The notes under the pieces: generated by a model | Seen by the model: the letters and a program-made list of their open reading frames with translations, nothing else | Database searches by the model: none | Told to the model about the DNA's origin: nothing | Source of the DNA: Microbotryum violaceum | Taxonomy: Eukaryota | Direction of reading: 5' to 3' | DNA length: 64,000 bases | Assembly: GCA_001244265.2 (NCBI GenBank) | Contig: CDLV01000009.1 | Span: forward strand, 930,001 to 994,000 | Program-made: the position numbers and the translations under genes | Shown here: piece by piece, positions 61,072-64,000 of the stretch | Layout of the letters: each line of letters starts with the position of its first letter | Position numbering within the stretch: position 1 is the stretch's first letter

Positions 61072-63054
61072 GGTTGTGTCGTCTAGTGTTGCAGAGGGTG
61101 AAACACGACAGGCTGGTGACGGTCGGTCAGTGCACCCGGAGTGCCAGAACTATCAGTGATCGGCTGCTACACCTAGCTCCACCGCTGGCCGCCCCTTTGT
61201 TCCGCTGTAATTTCACCGAAAGGGGGATGGACGCGGGGCCCAGAACACCCTGAAGCCCAAGAGCCCATCTTATAGACTGTTCCAAAGTGTTCCAAAGCGC
61301 GCGAAGCGTGGCGCGAGCGCGAGGCCCTGTGCCTGTGAAGGCGACGAATGCGAATGATCCAGATCGCGCCCTTTATCATATCGCGCCGCTCGCCGGCTAC
61401 AGTTACTGGCCTGTCGATGGTACCTGGGTAAAGTAACTCCGAAATAGCTCCCTTCCCGCTTCATGGGGATTCTTTCTTTTTCAACGTTTTGTGCTGCGAT
61501 TAATTGGAACCTCCGGTTCGGTCTTGAGCATATTCGGAGCAGCAACTTCACCGGGGGCCACTGCACGAGGTGCAGGGACCGTGCGTGCGGTACATGCGCA
61601 CTGCAGCTCTCGCAATCGCCGACATCATCAGACCTTCAAGAAGCAGCCACCACCGAGTTTGGTGATCTAGGCTAGTGTAACCAATTACCGCCCACTCCCG
61701 CCCTTGGACACCCGTGATTTGTGCATCCGCTTTGGGAAGTTCAGCGCAGGCCCGGGTCGCGCGCCTGCGCGTGCACCATCTCACAGCGCACCGGTTCCCA
61801 CCAGCTCCCCAGGCGCAATTTGCGATCGGGACGAAGTACTACATAATTTCGAGTCCCCTGCGGTTGACTGCACCGTCGCGGCCGGCAAAACTTTCGACAA
61901 AAGGGACTTCACCTCCTTTCAATGCAGTTCACTTGCTGATTTGAAAGAGCCTAATCACATCGACCCGCCGAGTGCTTACTTTGCATACATTGACAATGGT
62001 GTTCCTGTTTGTGGGTAGATGAGTCGGAAGGACCGTCCAACACCTATTCAACAGAGCCGGGAGGCAGCGAACTGCTTTCACGCCGAGGCCACACCATAAA
62101 CTTTTCACTGGACTTCGGCAGGGCCTATTTCACAGCCGGTCCGTGCGTGCCCAGTGAGCGTAGCGTGAGAAGCATGGAATGACACTGCGCCGAGGACGCC
62201 GCCCCGATGTCTCAGCTTCACTGGAGCGTGTCTTACTTTGTCGGGATCCGCAGGCTACGGGACCCAGCTCGGCCAGGGCCAAAACGTGACCGCGGGTGAG
62301 TGGTTGTTGTAGATTATTATAAAAATTAGTTGCTTTCCCCGAATGGAAACTGTCGCAATTCAGGACCTACACCGGTCTGATGGGCTACTTACTGCTTCAG
62401 GCACATGTTAGCTTGTGCCGAGAAATGATAATGGAAGAGGCTTGCTCCACGCAATCCTAAAGGCGGGAAAAAGGTTGCGCAGGCTGCGGGGCCGAGAGCG
62501 CGAGAGGGGGGCCGGGCAGTGGGCATTGGGCGCTGGGCACGGCGCATGGCAGGCCGGCAGGCCGGCACGAGCGTCATCTGCTCCGTCACGGTTGAGCTCT
62601 CACCCCCTTGTCACGAACATTGCACTTCGTCTGCGTGCTCACTTACCGAACCATAGGACTGGCCGGCTGCTCACCTGATCATTAACGGTCACCCTGATCG
62701 TACACCAGCCTGGTGCGACGTCTCTTTCTGCAAGCAGCGATCTCTTCGAGGCCGACCATCACGTTCTGATCGCCCATTTGGGACCGACTTTTCGTCACCT
62801 CGACCTCCACCTCGATTGATTCGGCGTCTGCGGTCCTACCTTTTCTTGGACACGAGATAGCACTCGTCCTAGCGCCACTCTCTAGCTTTGCCTCTCTTCG
62901 TCGACCACAACGTGTGTGACTGCCATTCGTCTCACCTGTTTCATCCTACCACAAGATCTCGGCGATCAGATCGACAGTAAGCGGATCGAGCGGCTCAAGA
63001 GGACCGTGTACATCTGCACAAGCTCGAAAGCTCGAGTAGGCGCAAGTAGGAGCC

Positions 63055-64000
63055 ATGTCGAAGGATCTTTCAGTAGTATCCCCAAGGGCTTTGAGTCTGG
63101 CGGCCGTGTGTCTACAATCGACAGTGCTGGCCATCGTGTAAGCCCACGCTCTCGGATCGTTCCTGCCCAATGTGCTCGCCCGATGCGAGCGCTGCTGACG
63201 ACCCCGAGGGGGTTTTGGCTGTAACCTTTGCAGTCTTCATATCTCTCAAGCAAAAGCAAGTCCCGGTGCAAGGTCGTACAAAGCCTCGAGTGCCGTCCTC
63301 TTGACAGGTGAGTTGTACGCTCAAGCGGGCTCGACGATGAGCGAGGCTGGACGATCGCTCCGACATTCGCCAGCCGGGATGGCGGGCAGGTGGGCTGGCA
63401 GCTCGCCGGGCCCATCTCCGAGTAATACGAGGCGTTTCCGGCGTCAATCTTAGATGTTCCCTGTACTCGCACTGACATACACCCCGTCCCACCCTATTTT
63501 GATGTTTGATTTTTTTCAGAACTCGGAAAACTATTGCTCTCCTTGTTGCTGGCACTGCGGGACGTGTGGAAGGAGCGCGAGGCATTGCTGGCGCCTAGAC
63601 ACCCCTTGCCTTCGCCAGAGCTCTATTCGTCGGGCTACGAGAATGGCAAGGACAAGTACTCGCTACCACCGGATGCGGCGCCACCAGAGTCTCGTCGACA
63701 CACACTCCGGCGACGGAGCTCCGCCATCAGCCTCGACCTGCGAATAGAACATCACGAAAAGGTGCGGCGCATGTCTGGCAAGTCGGCGCTCGCGGCGTTT
63801 CAATGGCCTCGCACAATGCTTTTCCCCGTGCCGGATATGAAGGACTCGCCACTGCTGTGTGGTAGTCCCGAGATTGTGAAGAGGCTCAACGACCCGACTT
63901 TGTGGACGCGGCGCCGTCGCCTGGGTCTGCGAGCGATGCTCTGGGAGGACATCTTTGGTTCCGACTGGTGGAAGATGGGGATTCCAGCAGTGCTCTTTGC
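63055..64000 (+). CDS. Nucleotide-sugar transporter (SLC35A/UDP-galactose transporter-like), runs off the window end
   Basis: Spliced MSKDLSVVSPRALSLAAVCLQSTVLAIV-LHISQ..RSYKASSAVLLT-ELGKLLLSLLL...IFGSDWWKMGIPAVLF matches SLC35A TM1-TM3 motifs. The ORF track misses it. Confidence 0.75.

Noticed and set aside
61100-62900. Short ORFs between the transferase and the transporter
   Set aside because: No recognisable motifs or consistent exon chain. Treated as divergent promoter/UTR sequence.

Overview
This is intron-rich eukaryotic DNA with GT-AG introns (gtgagt/gtaagt/gtcagt donors, CTRAC/CTRAY branch points). It is most consistent with a basidiomycete, probably a Pucciniomycotina yeast; that assignment is inference from gene style, not a database hit. 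I can support about 25 spliced protein-coding genes, assembled by hand from the ORF fragments. Conserved genes: PRELI/Ups, Ras2, SUA5, tubulin cofactor C, two tandem GH5 mannanase-like hydrolases, CTNNBL1, NRAMP, Yen1/GEN1, NADP alcohol dehydrogenase, glutaryl-CoA dehydrogenase, MET16, a DHA1 MFS transporter, UreF, thioredoxin, STEEP1/CXorf56, Yih1/IMPACT, Cbp6 and Rrp7. The last 15 kb is the most unusual part. It holds a roughly 2,100-aa secreted protein (PIG-L/LmbE deacetylase, six CBM32/F5-8-like beta-sandwiches, a long NSTL(A) pentapeptide stalk built by exon-plus-intron triplication, and a PAN/apple-like module), a Cys-rich secreted protein, an HtrL/YibB-like type II membrane putative glycosyltransferase, and a divergent nucleotide-sugar transporter. 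Together these are a candidate cell-surface glycan locus. Other oddities: a 152-bp coding-like inverted repeat (23.3-23.7 kb), a predicted 2-nt microexon in Ras2, 8- and 9-nt microexons conserved between the GH5 paralogs, and a start codon split by an intron. No CRISPR array, rRNA or intact transposon was seen. Exon boundaries were read by eye and need RNA-seq confirmation.
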